Assembly: GCA_021613535.1 (NCBI GenBank)
Contig: CP075495.1
Span: forward strand, 5,642,001 to 5,706,000
Source of the DNA: Adineta vaga
Lineage: Eukaryota; Animalia; Rotifera
Direction: 5' to 3'
Length of the DNA stretch: 64,000 nucleotides
The notes beneath the pieces were generated by a model. It had not been told where the DNA came from. It saw only the letters and a program-made list of their open reading frames with translations, and made no database searches. The translations under genes were made by a program, and so were the position numbers. Numbering within the stretch: position 1 is the first letter of the stretch; each line of letters starts with the position of its first letter. Below are positions 12,971-26,500 of the stretch, piece by piece.

Positions 12971-15745
12971 ATGGCTGAAGTCGTGCAACGTCATTTAGAA
13001 GATATGTTAACAGAATTTGAGCAAGCAAAACGAATTGGTTTGTTCACAGAAGCAGAAATAAAGTAAGTTTTCTTTCCTTTTGAATATATCAATGATGAAG
13101 ATTGTAGAACTTCGTAAATTGATTTAGAAAAATTGTTCGAACTCGACGACGACATGAATATAAAATCATTCGACGAACAAAAGAAAAAGAATGCTATTTA
13201 GATTACATTAAAGTATGTTTAATTTATTTGTATCAGTAAGAAATGAAATGATTTTAATTTTCTAAGTATGAAACTCATCTTCTTAAATTAGTACAACTTC
13301 GTCGAGAAGTAAATAAATTCTCAGTTAATTTTATGAGAAAGAAAACGTTGGTGAATTTGTTTTCTAGAAATTAAAATTAGGAAGAGTTTATAAGAAAAAT
13401 GAAATCGATCTAGCAATTAAACGACGTATTGAACGACTTTTTCGAGTAAGTAGATTACAATTACACGACTTTCTTGAATCTATTTTCATTCAGAGTGTAT
13501 GTCATCGATTTAAAAATGATATTCAACTATGGTTAACATTTATAGAATTTCTTAAAAAACAAGTAAGAAAATCTTCTATCATATATCGTTCATTACAATT
13601 ACTTTCCTCAATAGCATGATTATTCCACTGCATCAAGTGCATTTACATCTGCATTACAAACACATGGCAATAAATATTGTAAGCACTCATTGTTTTATAT
13701 GATTTCAAAGATAAAGATTCGTTTATTTAAAAACAACAACAAGGGTTATGGATTATGGCAGCAAAATTTGAATTCGAAGTTATGGTTTCTCCATCATCAG
13801 CTCGTTCATTATTTCAACGTGCACTTCGTATCATGCCACAAGAGAAAAAACTTTGGATTGAAGTATGTTCTTATTGTTGTTGATCATATTCGAATATTTC
13901 ATTATTGATATGTATAGTATTTTAAATTTGAATTACTCTATGTTGAATTAATACAAAAACGACAAGCCGTACTCGATCGAACGACACGAGACACATCAAA
14001 TAATGAAGAAGATGCAGTTTTACAAGGAAAAATTGTTGAAATTGTATTTACTAATGCACAAACAACAATAGAAAGTGAGTTAAACGAAATATAATGATTT
14101 TCTATTGAATGATTTTATTATTTAGATGATCCAACATTTCTTTGTTCATTTGTTCAAATTCTTTATGAATTCTCACAATTTTCTTTTGTTGAATCATTTG
14201 TTGATCAAATTTATTTTGTGTAAGATATTTTCTTTCTCAAATCTCATTTCTTTTCTTATTTTCAATCTTCATCTTTTAGTTTAAAAGAAAAATATTCTTC
14301 TAATGCTCTTGCTCAATCCTTAATAGCTCAACGTCCATTGATAAATGAACGTAAATTATTAGATGAAGCTGCTAAGAAAGAACAAGACGTTAGTAAGTAG
14401 ACCTTTGTTTTTCATTTTGGAAGATAAATGAATTGAATTTACTTAGGTTTTATGGTTGCTGTACTTGAACAACAAGTAAGAGAAAACTATGAAGAATTAT
14501 TAAAGAATACAATGGCGAATAAAAGTAATTGTGATTTGATTTTGATTCGTAAAAATTGTACGATTGATTTTGTTTTAGATGAATTGTGGAATTTATATTT
14601 GGATTTTTGTATTCAACGTTTAAGTCAATCATCAGATTCAAATAAAATCGAGGTAAAGAAATCTTTTTTTTTGAATATTATGTGAAACATTTATTTGAAT
14701 TCATTTAGCATATTTCAATATGTGATCAAGTATTCTCATCAGCTAACGAACATATTTCATTAACATCTGAACGTTATTTAGAATGGGTAGGGACGAAGAA
14801 TTGTATTTATTTCATATATATATATGTCTTAATTTCTTTTCCATTAGGTGTCAATAGTTGACGAAGATCGAGCAACGATTGTTTTGAAAAAAGCTACAGA
14901 TCATTATCCGAATGATCCCTCTCTATGGAATAAACGTCTTTCTTTATCTATTTCTCAATCATCTGATTCTAAACTAATAAAAAAAGAATTCAAACTTGCC
15001 TGTCAACATTCAAATGTTAAAGTAAAAAGATAATAATAATAATAATAATTAATCAATCCAATTACTTATTCATTATTCATCTTACTTAGAACTCTCCGTT
15101 GATTTGGAATACAATAATAGATTATACACAAGAACATGATGATAAATGGACAGAAGAATTATTTGAAGTAAGAAAATGAATTTATCTTTAGATATTGTAA
15201 AAATCGTTTTGTTTCTAGCAATCTCAATCGGAATTATTGGATCTTTCTGTAGCCTTGGATCTAAAATCGAGATATTTACAATGGACCAATCAAACAAAAT
15301 CAATCAAACAAGTTCGAACATTATTCGACAAGTAAAAAAGGAATCTATTACATCACTTTTTTTCCAACAAATTCTTCTTTTCTAATGCAGATTATCCAGT
15401 CGAATACCAGCTTCTTTACCTTTCTATATGGATTATATCAAAATCGAACAATCTACATCAAATATTGATTACAAACGTATTAAAACTGCTTTCGAACAAG
15501 CCATTATCTACTTTGGAAAACATTCCACTGGTAAAGTTTTCTTTTTTCGATCATTTTTCTCATAGAAACAACATCAGTTTTCCTATTCTTTAGATCTTTG
15601 GCTTGCTTATTTGGATCATATAAAACAACATCAATCACTCGATTTTGTTACTATATCTCGTGTTCATTCACGTGCACTTCATGCACTTGAATCCGATGAA
15701 TTGAAACGTTTTAATACGGAATGTGCATTAAGAAATTTAACTTGA
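12971..15745 (+). CDS. UTP6: U3 small nucleolar RNA-associated protein 6 (HAT repeats)
   Basis: MAEVVQRHLEDMLTEFEQAKRIGLFTEAEIKKIVRTRRRHEYKIIRR; HAT repeats (LWIMAAKFEFE..SARSLFQRALR..LWIEYFKFELLY); many short introns. Confidence 0.92.
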
Positions 15746-15860
15746 TGTAGAACGATTTTGTTATGTTTTTGAACTTAGATAAAGAAAAATTTCGTGTTAA
15801 CTATTTGAAAAACAAAAAACCAATGATTGTTTTAATATTTCAGATTATTCTTTATTCGAT

Positions 15861-17253
15861 ATGGCAGATCATCAGCATTGTTGTAGTTCACATTCTCATT
15901 GCGATGATTCATCAACAACGAATGATAATGATACAAATTTATCATCTAGTCCACAGCAAATCTCATCAAATGATGTTCATAAACGTTTTACATCGAATGA
16001 TATTGAGCATATAAATGATGAATCACAAACCGTTTCTCAATTGTTTGATATTGCCTGGTCAAATCAAAATGATTTACAAAGTCCATCAGCTGATACAACA
16101 ACAGATGAATATTCAAGTAAACTTCTTCATACAATTCGTTTACTTGAATCATTAGAAAAACGTCTTAACTCACTTGAATTATTTAGTGATAATGAACATA
16201 TTGATGAAGTTTCAACAACAAATTTACGATATTTACTTTTAAATGCATATCTTGCTTGGTCATATCAAACAAAACGTTCCAAACCATCACAACGTTTAAT
16301 TAATGTTCAACATGCATGTGATTATTATTCAAACTTTTTAACAATGACAAAAAATTATGGTTTACATAAATTTTCAATTCCTAAAGCACCATCGAATGAT
16401 GATTGTGGAAAAATAGAACAATTATCAAGTCGAGATGTGGATATGATGAAAATGGCACAAGATCGAGCATCAAAAATTCAAGGGTAAATTACTTTGAAAC
16501 ATTTAACTGACTATTATTACGTACTAAAAATAATGTATTTTAAAAACTGTAATTCATTTAGTCATTTGAAACGTCGTGAAGAAGAAGAATCAATGCGAGC
16601 TTTTGAAGAAGCTATGAAACATGATGCAACTGATGAAGAAGCAAAACGTAGTTTTTATATAAGTAAAATTCGCTGGTGGATCAATACAGCCATGGATGAT
16701 CTTGTTTATTTACACGGTAAAATACAGGATAAGAATTTTTCGCATGAAAACAAAATATATATATATATATATGTATTTAGATGAACTTCGTGTTTTGTTA
16801 CAACGTCAAGCTCTTGAGCCGAATGCAGAGGAAGAGTCACGTAGACGTCCAGGTCCTCCACAATCATCACGTCCTTTGAAACCATTAGTTATTACACGTG
16901 ATATGTTACAATCCAAAGTATTTGGTACAGGTTATCCTAGTGCATCGACCATGACAATTGATGAATTTTATGAAAGTCTTGCTCGACGAGGTCTAGCACC
17001 AACACCTGAACAATCAAAAGCAATGGCTGCTGGTATGTCAAATGAAATATTAATCTTCCATGAACGACAAGTTTTTCCTTCTTTCTCTGTAGGTCCAAAA
17101 TTTCCAACTGCAAATGAAATGGAGAAAGAAGAAGTTGCTAAAGAAACACATATGGAAAGAGATGATCCAAATATGATAAGTTATTTACGATCAAAAGATG
17201 ATTACATAGATGATCATCATCGCGGTGAAGGAAATCGTCACAATCGTTCTTAG
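15861..17253 (+). CDS. IGBP1: Immunoglobulin-binding protein 1 / alpha4 / TAP42
   Basis: LELFSDNEHIDEVSTTNLRYLLL, RASKI, PLKPLVITRDMLQSKVFGTGYPS.STMTIDEFY, DDYIDDHHRGEGNRHN. Confidence 0.93.
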
Positions 17254-17375
17254 AACAACATATTTATATATAGATATCATTTTGTATAGCATTGCTTTTC
17301 TTTTTCTTTTCTTTTTATAAACAACAATTCTTTTATCTCATTACGAATTCCCTGCTTTTTTCTCTATTTCAGATC

Positions 17376-17666
17376 ATGTTATTTTATTCATTTTTTAAAT
17401 CACTTGTTGGCAAAGAAGTGGTTATTGAATTGAAGAATGATCTATCGATTACTGGGACATTACATAGTGTTGATCAATATTTAAATGTGAAATTAACTGA
17501 TGTTCAAGTACTAGATTCAGAGAAATATCCGCATATACAATCGGTTACATCTGCATTTGTTCGTGGTTCTGTTATTCGTTATATTCAATTACCACCGGAT
17601 GATGTTGATACACAATTATTACAAGAAGCGACACGTAAAGAAATATCACAACCACGAAAAGAATGA
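17376..17666 (+). CDS. LSM2: U6 snRNA-associated Sm-like protein LSm2 (intronless CDS)
   Basis: MLFYSFFKSLVGKEVVIELKNDLSITGTLHSVDQYLNVKLTD...VRGSVIRYIQLP. Confidence 0.97.
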   Translation: MLFYSFFKSLVGKEVVIELKNDLSITGTLHSVDQYLNVKLTDVQVLDSEKYPHIQSVTSAFVRGSVIRYIQLPPDDVDTQLLQEATRKEISQPRKE

Positions 17667-17898
17667 ACAAAACGATCGAATAACAATCGAAGCTTACAAC
17701 TTATTGACATTCTCTTTTCTTTTCTTTTTTCCTCTTTTGTCAACTTTCAGATGCTGTTTATGTAAATAGATATAAGAAGAAAAAGAAAAATAAAACAACG
17801 GTGAAACTTTCCTATCATTCGAAACTTCTTTTCTGTATCGATATTTTTCTTTCTTTCTTTCTTTTTTTTATTTAATTGAGATTTAATATATATATATC

Positions 17899-18342
17899 AT
17901 GTCAGCCTCGGTTAATACTCAACCAATTTCAACATCAATACGGATATATCCTTTACGTTTAACACCGAATAAAGATGTTCTTACATCAATAAGATCATTA
18001 ATGAATACAGCTGAACTTCGATCTGTATTTATTATGACATGTGTAGGAAGTGTGAAATCAATGGTTCTACGATTGGCAAATACAACGGATACGATTGAAA
18101 TCAAAAGACCACATGAAATTGTTAGTTTAGTCGGTACAATTGATAGTGAAGGACATCATATACATGGCTCATTTTCTGATGAAAAAGGACATGTTGTCGG
18201 TGGACATGTTTTAGGTGAACATCCAATGATTGTTTATACAACAGTGGAAATTATGTTAGCAGAATGTGAAAATGTTACCTTTGTTCGAGAAATGTGTGAA
18301 GAAAGTGGTTATCCAGAATTAGTTATCAAAGAAAATCTTTAA
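17899..18342 (+). CDS. PPC/DUF296 domain protein (intronless)
   Basis: LRLTPNKDV...FIMTCVGSV..MVLRLA...HEIVSLVGTI...HHIHGSFSDEKGHVVGGHV...VYTTVEI...SGYPEL is the stand-alone PPC signature. Confidence 0.88.
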   Translation: MSASVNTQPISTSIRIYPLRLTPNKDVLTSIRSLMNTAELRSVFIMTCVGSVKSMVLRLANTTDTIEIKRPHEIVSLVGTIDSEGHHIHGSFSDEKGHVVGGHVLGEHPMIVYTTVEIMLAECENVTFVREMCEESGYPELVIKENL

Positions 18343-18396
18343 GAATAAAAAGAATTACATCTATGCACTGCTTATCTCTTTTAGATACACGTTAAT

Positions 18397-20202
18397 ATGA
18401 CGTCAACAAAAAATATTCCAACTTCACAGAATGAATCAGGATCATTTTCTGTAGATATGACTATTCTTCGAATTTATTAAACAATCATTCTTCTTTTACA
18501 TTTCTAGTCATTTCGTTCTACTAATGATTGTGATACACCTATAGAACAGTATCAGTGTGATTCGACACCACCAATTCATTCATCTCATCGTCACATTCCA
18601 ACGCATTCTCAAGATGCACCTATATCATCATCATCATCACCAAGTATTCTTCGAAATCCTTCACCACCACCTGCTGAAAATCTCACTCGAGACGATATGG
18701 TTGGTGATGAAATGTATTCGAAATCTTGGTTTTGCCAAGTTCTACTCAAATTAATTCAAGTAAGTATGAAGAAGTCTATATCTATAATTCTTCTTCTTCT
18801 TCTAGTTTGTTGCACCCGAACAATTACATGATGAAATCTTTACAAATATTCGTCAACAAGGTGATGATTTTTTATCAACAAATTCTCATAAAAAACAAGA
18901 ACTGGATGAAACATTTGAATCAGAATTATGTGAATTATGGGATGTTAGCATGAGTGCTGATGTTGCACATCTTTTAATTGAATTCAATTCATTAGATTTA
19001 TTTAATGTTGTTCTTATTGAATGTAAAGACAAACGTTGTACAGAAATTGTTCTTGGTATTTTATCCAATATGGCATGTTGTAAACGTACTCTTTCTTATG
19101 AAAATCAAATGAAAAGTGTTGGTCAATGTATTATTGAACATTCAAATCTATTTGCAACTATTTTATCTATATTAACAAGTGATGATTATTCCGATTGTCC
19201 AACACTCGTACAATTATTTCGCTTAATCTATACATTATTTGTTCGACAAGATACACGTCATTTTATGTTAGAACATGTTCAGTTAACCTATGAACCTTTA
19301 TGTTTCATTTTACAATCATGTTGCAATAAAGAATTACTAGAACAATGCAGTTCTCTATTACGTATTTTATTAGATGAATGTAATTTATTTGAAACAAATG
19401 AACAAAATGAAGTTGCTTATTTAATATTAACATCAATAACAACAGCGATTAATGCATTGATTGAAAATGAAACATTTACAATCGATAATATCTTAGAAAA
19501 TCTTTTTAATTGTTTACAAATCTATACAACAAATGAATATTGTACACAAATGTTAAATGATCATTGTCAAATTATTATGAAATTAATTGAAACAATCTTG
19601 AAATATTTAGTTCATGATGATGTTGTACAAGTTCATAGTGTTCTATTATTATCATGTATATCTATATGTAATTTTTTTCTTTATAAACAAGGATTAAAAA
19701 TTATTAATAAGTCATTGTTAGAATATTTTCTTATCATTGGACATACATGTTATAAGAATAAACAAAGACATGATCATCAAAAACATGCCATGCGTAGACA
19801 AAGATCACGAACACATTCACATTCATCAAATAAAAGAAAAGAAATGGATGGAAATGATAAAACAGGTTTGAAAAGTAAAACATATTTTCCGATTGAAATA
19901 TTTGATATTTTATAGCAAATGATGAAATGTTATCAAAAACTCATAATCCATTGATAAATGTTGATTGCGAAGATGAAAATGAAACAACAAATGAAAGCAT
20001 ATCAACAACATCGTATGCACTTGTTGATGAATTATTTCTCGAACTTTTTTATCGTGGTCTTAAACAAGATATGTCACAAACCATGGAAACAAATATCTCA
20101 ATATTTACACAATTAAATCCAGATCAACGAGAACTTTTTCGAAAAATTATTAAACATTTCTGTAATATAGAAAAACGTTTAGATGATATGTTAGATTTAT
20201 AA
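18397..20202 (+). CDS. SAAL1: SAAL1 homolog (ARM-like)
   Basis: DMVGDEMYSKSWFCQVLLKLIQ, ELDETFESELCELWDVSMSADVAHLL, RCTEIVLGILSNMAC, DCPTLVQLFRL. Confidence 0.88.
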
Positions 20203-20321
20203 ATGATATTTTTAAAGCATTTCTATTGTACCTATTTGTCTTTCTGCTTATTGTAACAATAAAAGAAGATTCTATTTTCCTTTGAACATAATTTAACTAT
20301 TCATATCAAAATGATTTGTAT

Positions 20322-21368
20322 CTATTTTATTTCACGATTTGAAATCACAGAAAATCTTCGAGTACCAACAATTGGTGCTATAGATATGCAAGGATTTTCT
20401 ATATCGACTGCCTCAATATCCACATCTATTTCTTCATTATGTTCTTTTAACATTCGTCGTAATTTTTCTTCACGTAAATTTCTTGCATATTCAGCATTCA
20501 TTTTTGTAATTGAATCTAAAATTAATTTCCATCCAGTAACGAATAGAACTAAAGCCATTAGAACTTGAACAAGATCATCTAGATGTGCAAATTTATTCAA
20601 AAATGTAACACGATCCCAAAAGAAGAGTGGAAAAACCATAATAAGACCAATAATTGAATTTAAAGCATCAGCCATTAATGCTGTCGATTTAATTTGTTTA
20701 CTAATTATTATTTTCACAATAGATAATAATGTAAAAACTATAATATGTATTAATGAATATGTAAATACAATAAGATCTGGTCGAACAGATTTGGCTTGAA
20801 TCATACTTTGAATTGAACGTGATTCAATAGCAAGAAATGAACCAATAAATAATGCTCCAATAACACAACAAGCTAATCGATCACGACGATGCATATCAGT
20901 CACTATTCTTGGCATTAAATGCCATGCAACAAAGCCTGTACAAACAGAATCCATCAATGTATCGACAGAATATGAAAAACCAACGAATGATTTTGATCGT
21001 ATACAATTAATGAATGCTGTTAAACCAAGACCAATATCAAAAAGAAATGATATAACACAGCACCAAAAAGCAACACGACGTAAACGTTGAAAATAAACAT
21101 AACTAATTGAATCACTACTCAACACACCACCACCCTGAATACTGTATTGACGTATTGCTTTACTTGGTTCAGCTAAAGCTGTTAGAATTTCATTATAATT
21201 CGATGATGTTGATGGATTATGTGAACGATTTTTTAACATTAATGACTCATTTCCTATGGATAATTTAGCTTGTGTTGGAACAGTTAACGTTGATAGTGAA
21301 GTTCGAATATTTCTATTCATATTTCCGCCATCATCAATCGCTGGTTCAATCACATTCGCTAATGCCAT
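20322..21368 (-). CDS. TMEM163: TMEM163-like cation (Zn) efflux family transporter, intronless
   Basis: Six hydrophobic segments; GFSYSVDTLMDS, RDRLACCVIGALFI, STALMADALNS, LDDLV. Confidence 0.75.
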   Translation of the reverse strand: MALANVIEPAIDDGGNMNRNIRTSLSTLTVPTQAKLSIGNESLMLKNRSHNPSTSSNYNEILTALAEPSKAIRQYSIQGGGVLSSDSISYVYFQRLRRVAFWCCVISFLFDIGLGLTAFINCIRSKSFVGFSYSVDTLMDSVCTGFVAWHLMPRIVTDMHRRDRLACCVIGALFIGSFLAIESRSIQSMIQAKSVRPDLIVFTYSLIHIIVFTLLSIVKIIISKQIKSTALMADALNSIIGLIMVFPLFFWDRVTFLNKFAHLDDLVQVLMALVLFVTGWKLILDSITKMNAEYARNLREEKLRRMLKEHNEEIDVDIEAVDIENPCISIAPIVGTRRFSVISNREIK

Positions 21369-21661
21369 AGAAATTACTGTTCGAAAGTCACTATTTCTGT
21401 TTTTAATATTACTTATCTATATACATGCACATTTATCTTTCATATTCTAATCAAGTAAATCGATGAACCGAAACCCTTCGCGTTCTTACATGCTTTTATA
21501 TATGTACAAACATACAATACATACACACAATACTCTACATAACATGCACATGTAAATAAACAGGAAAAAAGAATGGATGCTGTTTTTTTGTTAAATCAAA
21601 ACAGTCAACATTATGATATTGAGATGAAATGAAAAACAAACAAGCTACTTTGGTATTTTTT

Positions 21662-22453
21662 TCATAGAGTTTTCGCTAATAATTGACAACGATCATGTTC
21701 ACCAGCTAGACTTGCTAAACGTTTTTGATCGTATTTTGTATATATAATTTCATCATAGATTTGAAAGCCTTGTTTACGAAATGCTTTTGATGAATAGAGA
21801 CTGGTTGCTTCAGAAAACGTTCCGGATAAATGTAATTCATTTTTTGCATATTCAATACTTGCATGAATTAATTTTTCCGTTAAACGTAAACCACGATAAT
21901 GTGCATCAATAGCAATTATGACAATATGTAATAATCGATCGGTTTTTAATTGATCATATAGATCAATATTTTGATGAACATTTTTTAAAACAGTTAAAAT
22001 GTAACGTAATTTTTCTGAATGAAATTTTTCAATACTAAAATGATCATTTTCATCCGATGTTGAATATGGTAGACGATGTTTAATGATATTTAATATGACT
22101 CCAATAACTTTTTCTGTTTGAACATCAATAGCAACAAATGAACATTGATCTTGTATAGCAAGAGAAACAATTAATTCAGTAAATTGTTTTGGTTCATGAG
22201 GTATTTCGAATGCTAAACATTTATTTAATGGTTCATCACGAAAGAATGTATCAATAACTAAATCATAGACTTCTTTTTGATGCTTATGATTCATCAAACA
22301 TAAATCAATTTCAGGTGGTTTCATCCATGTAGTTGACATTGGTGGCGTTGATGGACATGATGATGTTGATGATGAATCAAGATCATCAGTTGGTAAAGAA
22401 AAATATCTGTCATTGAATTGCTTTTGAAATAATGATGAATGCATATTTTCCAA
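21662..22453 (-). CDS. GNAT acetyltransferase, arylalkylamine/dopamine N-acetyltransferase-like, intronless
   Basis: TFFRDEPLN, SFVAID...KVIGVILN, IIAIDAHYRGLRL, EATSLYSSKAFRKQGF are motifs of the insect-type AANAT family. Confidence 0.85.
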   Translation of the reverse strand: MENMHSSLFQKQFNDRYFSLPTDDLDSSSTSSCPSTPPMSTTWMKPPEIDLCLMNHKHQKEVYDLVIDTFFRDEPLNKCLAFEIPHEPKQFTELIVSLAIQDQCSFVAIDVQTEKVIGVILNIIKHRLPYSTSDENDHFSIEKFHSEKLRYILTVLKNVHQNIDLYDQLKTDRLLHIVIIAIDAHYRGLRLTEKLIHASIEYAKNELHLSGTFSEATSLYSSKAFRKQGFQIYDEIIYTKYDQKRLASLAGEHDRCQLLAKTL

Positions 22454-23524
22454 GAGATTTCAAGTCGAAATGAATGTGATTTGATTAGATATAATGTTTT
22501 GTCAAATGAAGAGGATCTAGGCCTTTTATATATTTCTAGATAAAGAGAGAAGGAAAATCGCAATTTTCTCGAGTATTTCTCTCCGGAAATCAAAAGATGA
22601 GATAGCGCAACAAACCTAAGTATCGTGCTTTTGATTTCTTTGCTTCTATAAATTTTATGAGAAGAAAAAGGAAAAAAGCACATATCTATTCTTTGTCTCG
22701 TACTCGAACGTTTAAATATTGCATTTCTTTGCCTAGATCATGAATAGAATAAAAGAGTTGGCTGATTTTAGTTCGATCGAGGACTATAAGTATAAATATA
22801 CTTTTCTAAGGAAAAGAATGACATCCTAAACAATCACAGTATTATTCAAATATGTGTAGAGCGATGGCGTGATGATTTTGTTGAGAAAGAGAAGAAGAAA
22901 AAGAAATAATGCAATCGTTTTTTTTCTCGACATGTTCATAAAAATCTTTTCTATAGAAAAAAAAATACATAAGAAAAACGAACATGAAAAAAAAGATAAA
23001 GCAAAATCGAAAAGAATAAACAGAAAGAAGAAGAAGAAGAAGCGTTTTATTTATTCAGAACTATGAAGTAAGAAAAAACCAAATGAATAGTGGATAGACA
23101 AGGTTCAAACATCATATTTTTTTTCTTCAATGAATATATGTATATATATAAAAGAGAGAAAGATAAATACTTTCCCTTGAACTATTTGAAAACAAAAGTA
23201 TATCATAATCTACTATGAAAAGGAAAGGAAACGAATATGTAGATGTAAAACGAGACCACTGCTGATTTGTTTTTTCTTCTCAAGTTCATTTCACACGTCC
23301 AAGCACCATGACTAATAATAAGAGAGAACAACACGAGTAGTTGAGCATGCGTATACACACAGAGAATATGACAAAGCTACTCAGTTGTATGATAATTCAA
23401 AACAAGACAAAAGAAAATATAAAAAAGAAGAAAGAATTCTCTAGTATATATGCATATAAATAAGAGAAGATTGTTCGATGCTCTTGCTCTCCAATGGGAT
23501 AAAGTTTCTATTTTGCTTTTTGAT

Positions 23525-26500
23525 TTAAACAACTTCGATATGCCAAGGAGAACCAGGTATATGTTGATCACCCCATTTAACAATCAACATATATTCACCC
23601 TTTTCGCGAACAGTCTAAATCATATAAGAGAAAAAAAACAAGTTTTTTTCCGGAGAAACGTAACGAAAAATCTTACATATTGAACATTGTATTGATTATT
23701 TCCAATATGTTTAATGAATACTTCTTCACATGGAGCTTTTGGACCAAAGACACCAACCATTAACATAGCATTACCTAATTAAGAATAAAAATCAAAGATT
23801 CATTTCAACAAATATCATTGGTTCTATTGAACTTACCACCATCACGTGTATCAACTGAAAATGTTGCCTTCTCATTTTGATAAGCACGTGATAAACCCTC
23901 TCCCTGTGCTCGTACACGACTGGCATCAACAGCAGCATAATTATTATTTCTTGAACTTGATGAGTAAGATGTTGTTTTTTCTATCGCATCATATCTTGTA
24001 TGAGAACTAACATTTCCTTGAGAACGTTGAACATAGGATGATGAAGATGTTGTCATTGTACTTAAACCACCACCACCAGTACCGACGTTTCCACTACTAC
24101 GAACTGTACTCACTCCACCACCTAAATACAAGTGAGTATGTTTCAATGCAATCAAATAATATTCCTCGTTTTTTCTCTTACCTCCAACTATACATTTAAA
24201 CGGACTACCAGCAATGTTAGTGCCAGCAAATTTGATTGAAATAAGATAATCACCTGGCGCCGTAGGTGTGAATGTAACACGATAACCTGAAAAGATTTAT
24301 CAATTCAACAATTGTGATAAATGGTTTGACGTATTCAATGATTTACCTTCGGCTACTTCTCTACAATCAAGTTGAACTTTGGATGGTCCATCAACGGTAA
24401 CAGCCAAAGCTCCAGCACCAGCGTCAGTTGTATCAATTAAAAATTCACATGGTTCACCTAAAACAATACAAAAAAATGTACAGAAATCATCTAAATATCA
24501 AATACATTTCATACCAGTTTCTCCTTGATATAAACCTGTACCAGAAGCAAATACTCGACCTGGATCAGCATTCGCTTGACCAACAACAACACGAAATGGT
24601 GAATCTGGTATATCTCGTCCATTGAAACGAACATGTATCCAATGAATACCATTTTCTTTTGGAATAAATTGAATAGCATAGTGATCATTACCCATTTCTT
24701 GAACAACACAAGATTCTTCTGCTCCACTAGGTGCTGTAACGCGTGCATCAACACGACCACGTGCACCATTGACATTAATGGTGAATGTATATTGATGATT
24801 TACTTCTAATCCTTTTGTTTTAAGACTATGTATAGTTAGTTTTTTAGCATCACCAAATGGTGGTGCAATCGATACATTGAATGGTGAATCAGGAATATGT
24901 GTATCATTGAATTTAATTGAAATTTGATATTCACCCGCTTCAGGACATACATAAGAAACACCACATGAACCATCTTTACGATCAAAGAAATCAATTTCAG
25001 CTTTTGCTGGACCTTCAACAGCAATAGCAAGACCACCAGCACCAGCTTCACGTGTATAAATATTAAATTCATCTGAAGAAGAAAAATTCTTTAGTTAAAT
25101 ACATGGAATTTTTTTCTGCATACTGGTAGTATTGACTTCACCACGTTGAAGACCATTACCACTAGCACGAACTTTATGAGCACCACCACCTTGAAGTGGA
25201 CCAACAGTAAATTCTAAAAGAAAAACAATTTTGATAATTTATCATAATTGAAATAAAATGAAGTGTATTTACCAAAAGGACTACCAGGAATATGAACATC
25301 TTTATGTTTAACACTAACTGTATGAATACCCATTTCTTTCGGTATAAATTTAATCGAATAATTATAATCTCCAACATCACTAAAGAAAACAAGATACTTT
25401 CTTTACTATAATTATTCAGATTCAAATTACTTACACAATTTCACAATTTTCTAAACGTCCCGATGGACTAGTAACATATGCACTCATATCAAAAGATGAT
25501 GTACCTAGAAAATAGACAACAGTGACATGCAAATATAGTATGTTCGAATAAAAATAAATATATTACCAGGAATTTTCAATGATAATTCACATTGACTACC
25601 AATATGTGTAATATCAGCAGCACGACGTTCACGTGTAATACTTTCACGTAATCGATTTGATCCATGGCCACCAACATTGACTGTAAATGGACTACCTAAA
25701 ATATGAAGTTATTTTTATGAGATGAAAAACTATGTTCATTCTTCTTATTTATCTACGAACCAGGTACATGTTTATCAGCAAATTTAACATTAACAATATA
25801 GACTCCAGGTTCGGTGGGTTTATAAGTAACAAGACATGAGCCATCTTCATTATCATGACATTCAATATCGGCTTTAGATGGTCCTTCGATTGAAAGTGAC
25901 AAACCTCCATAACCTATTTGAGCAAGAAGAATTAAATTCATTTTCTTTGAATTTTAACAGATTCTTTTTCCGTTTTACTTACCAGCATCACGTGTAACAA
26001 CAGTAAATTCATTTGTTTGATTAGCATAACCTAAATAGTATTGTCATATATTTATGTATATATTCAATCAAGTCTTCTCCATTTGTTTCATTACCTTCTT
26101 GTAGGCCACGTCCAAATACTTTGACTTTACTAGCATCGCCAATTTCTGATGAACCAACATTAATGCGAAATGGACTATTTTTAATATGTTTTCCTTCTCG
26201 ATAAACATTGACTAAATGATCACCAACTTCTCGTGGTATAAATGATATTCCAAGACTTCCATTGGGTAATTTTTTCAATAAACATGGTTCTTCAATACCA
26301 CTTGGTGATCGTATTGTTGCAGTTAAATCATGTATATCATATTCAGTAACACGTAAACTTATTTCACTTTGGCTACCGACCATAACTTGTGAACGTCGTT
26401 GTTTTTCAACTGATGGTGGAATACCAGTTACTTTAGCGGTAAAGGGTGAACCAACAATATGTTTATCAGCAAATTTAACTGTAATTGTATATTCACCTGG

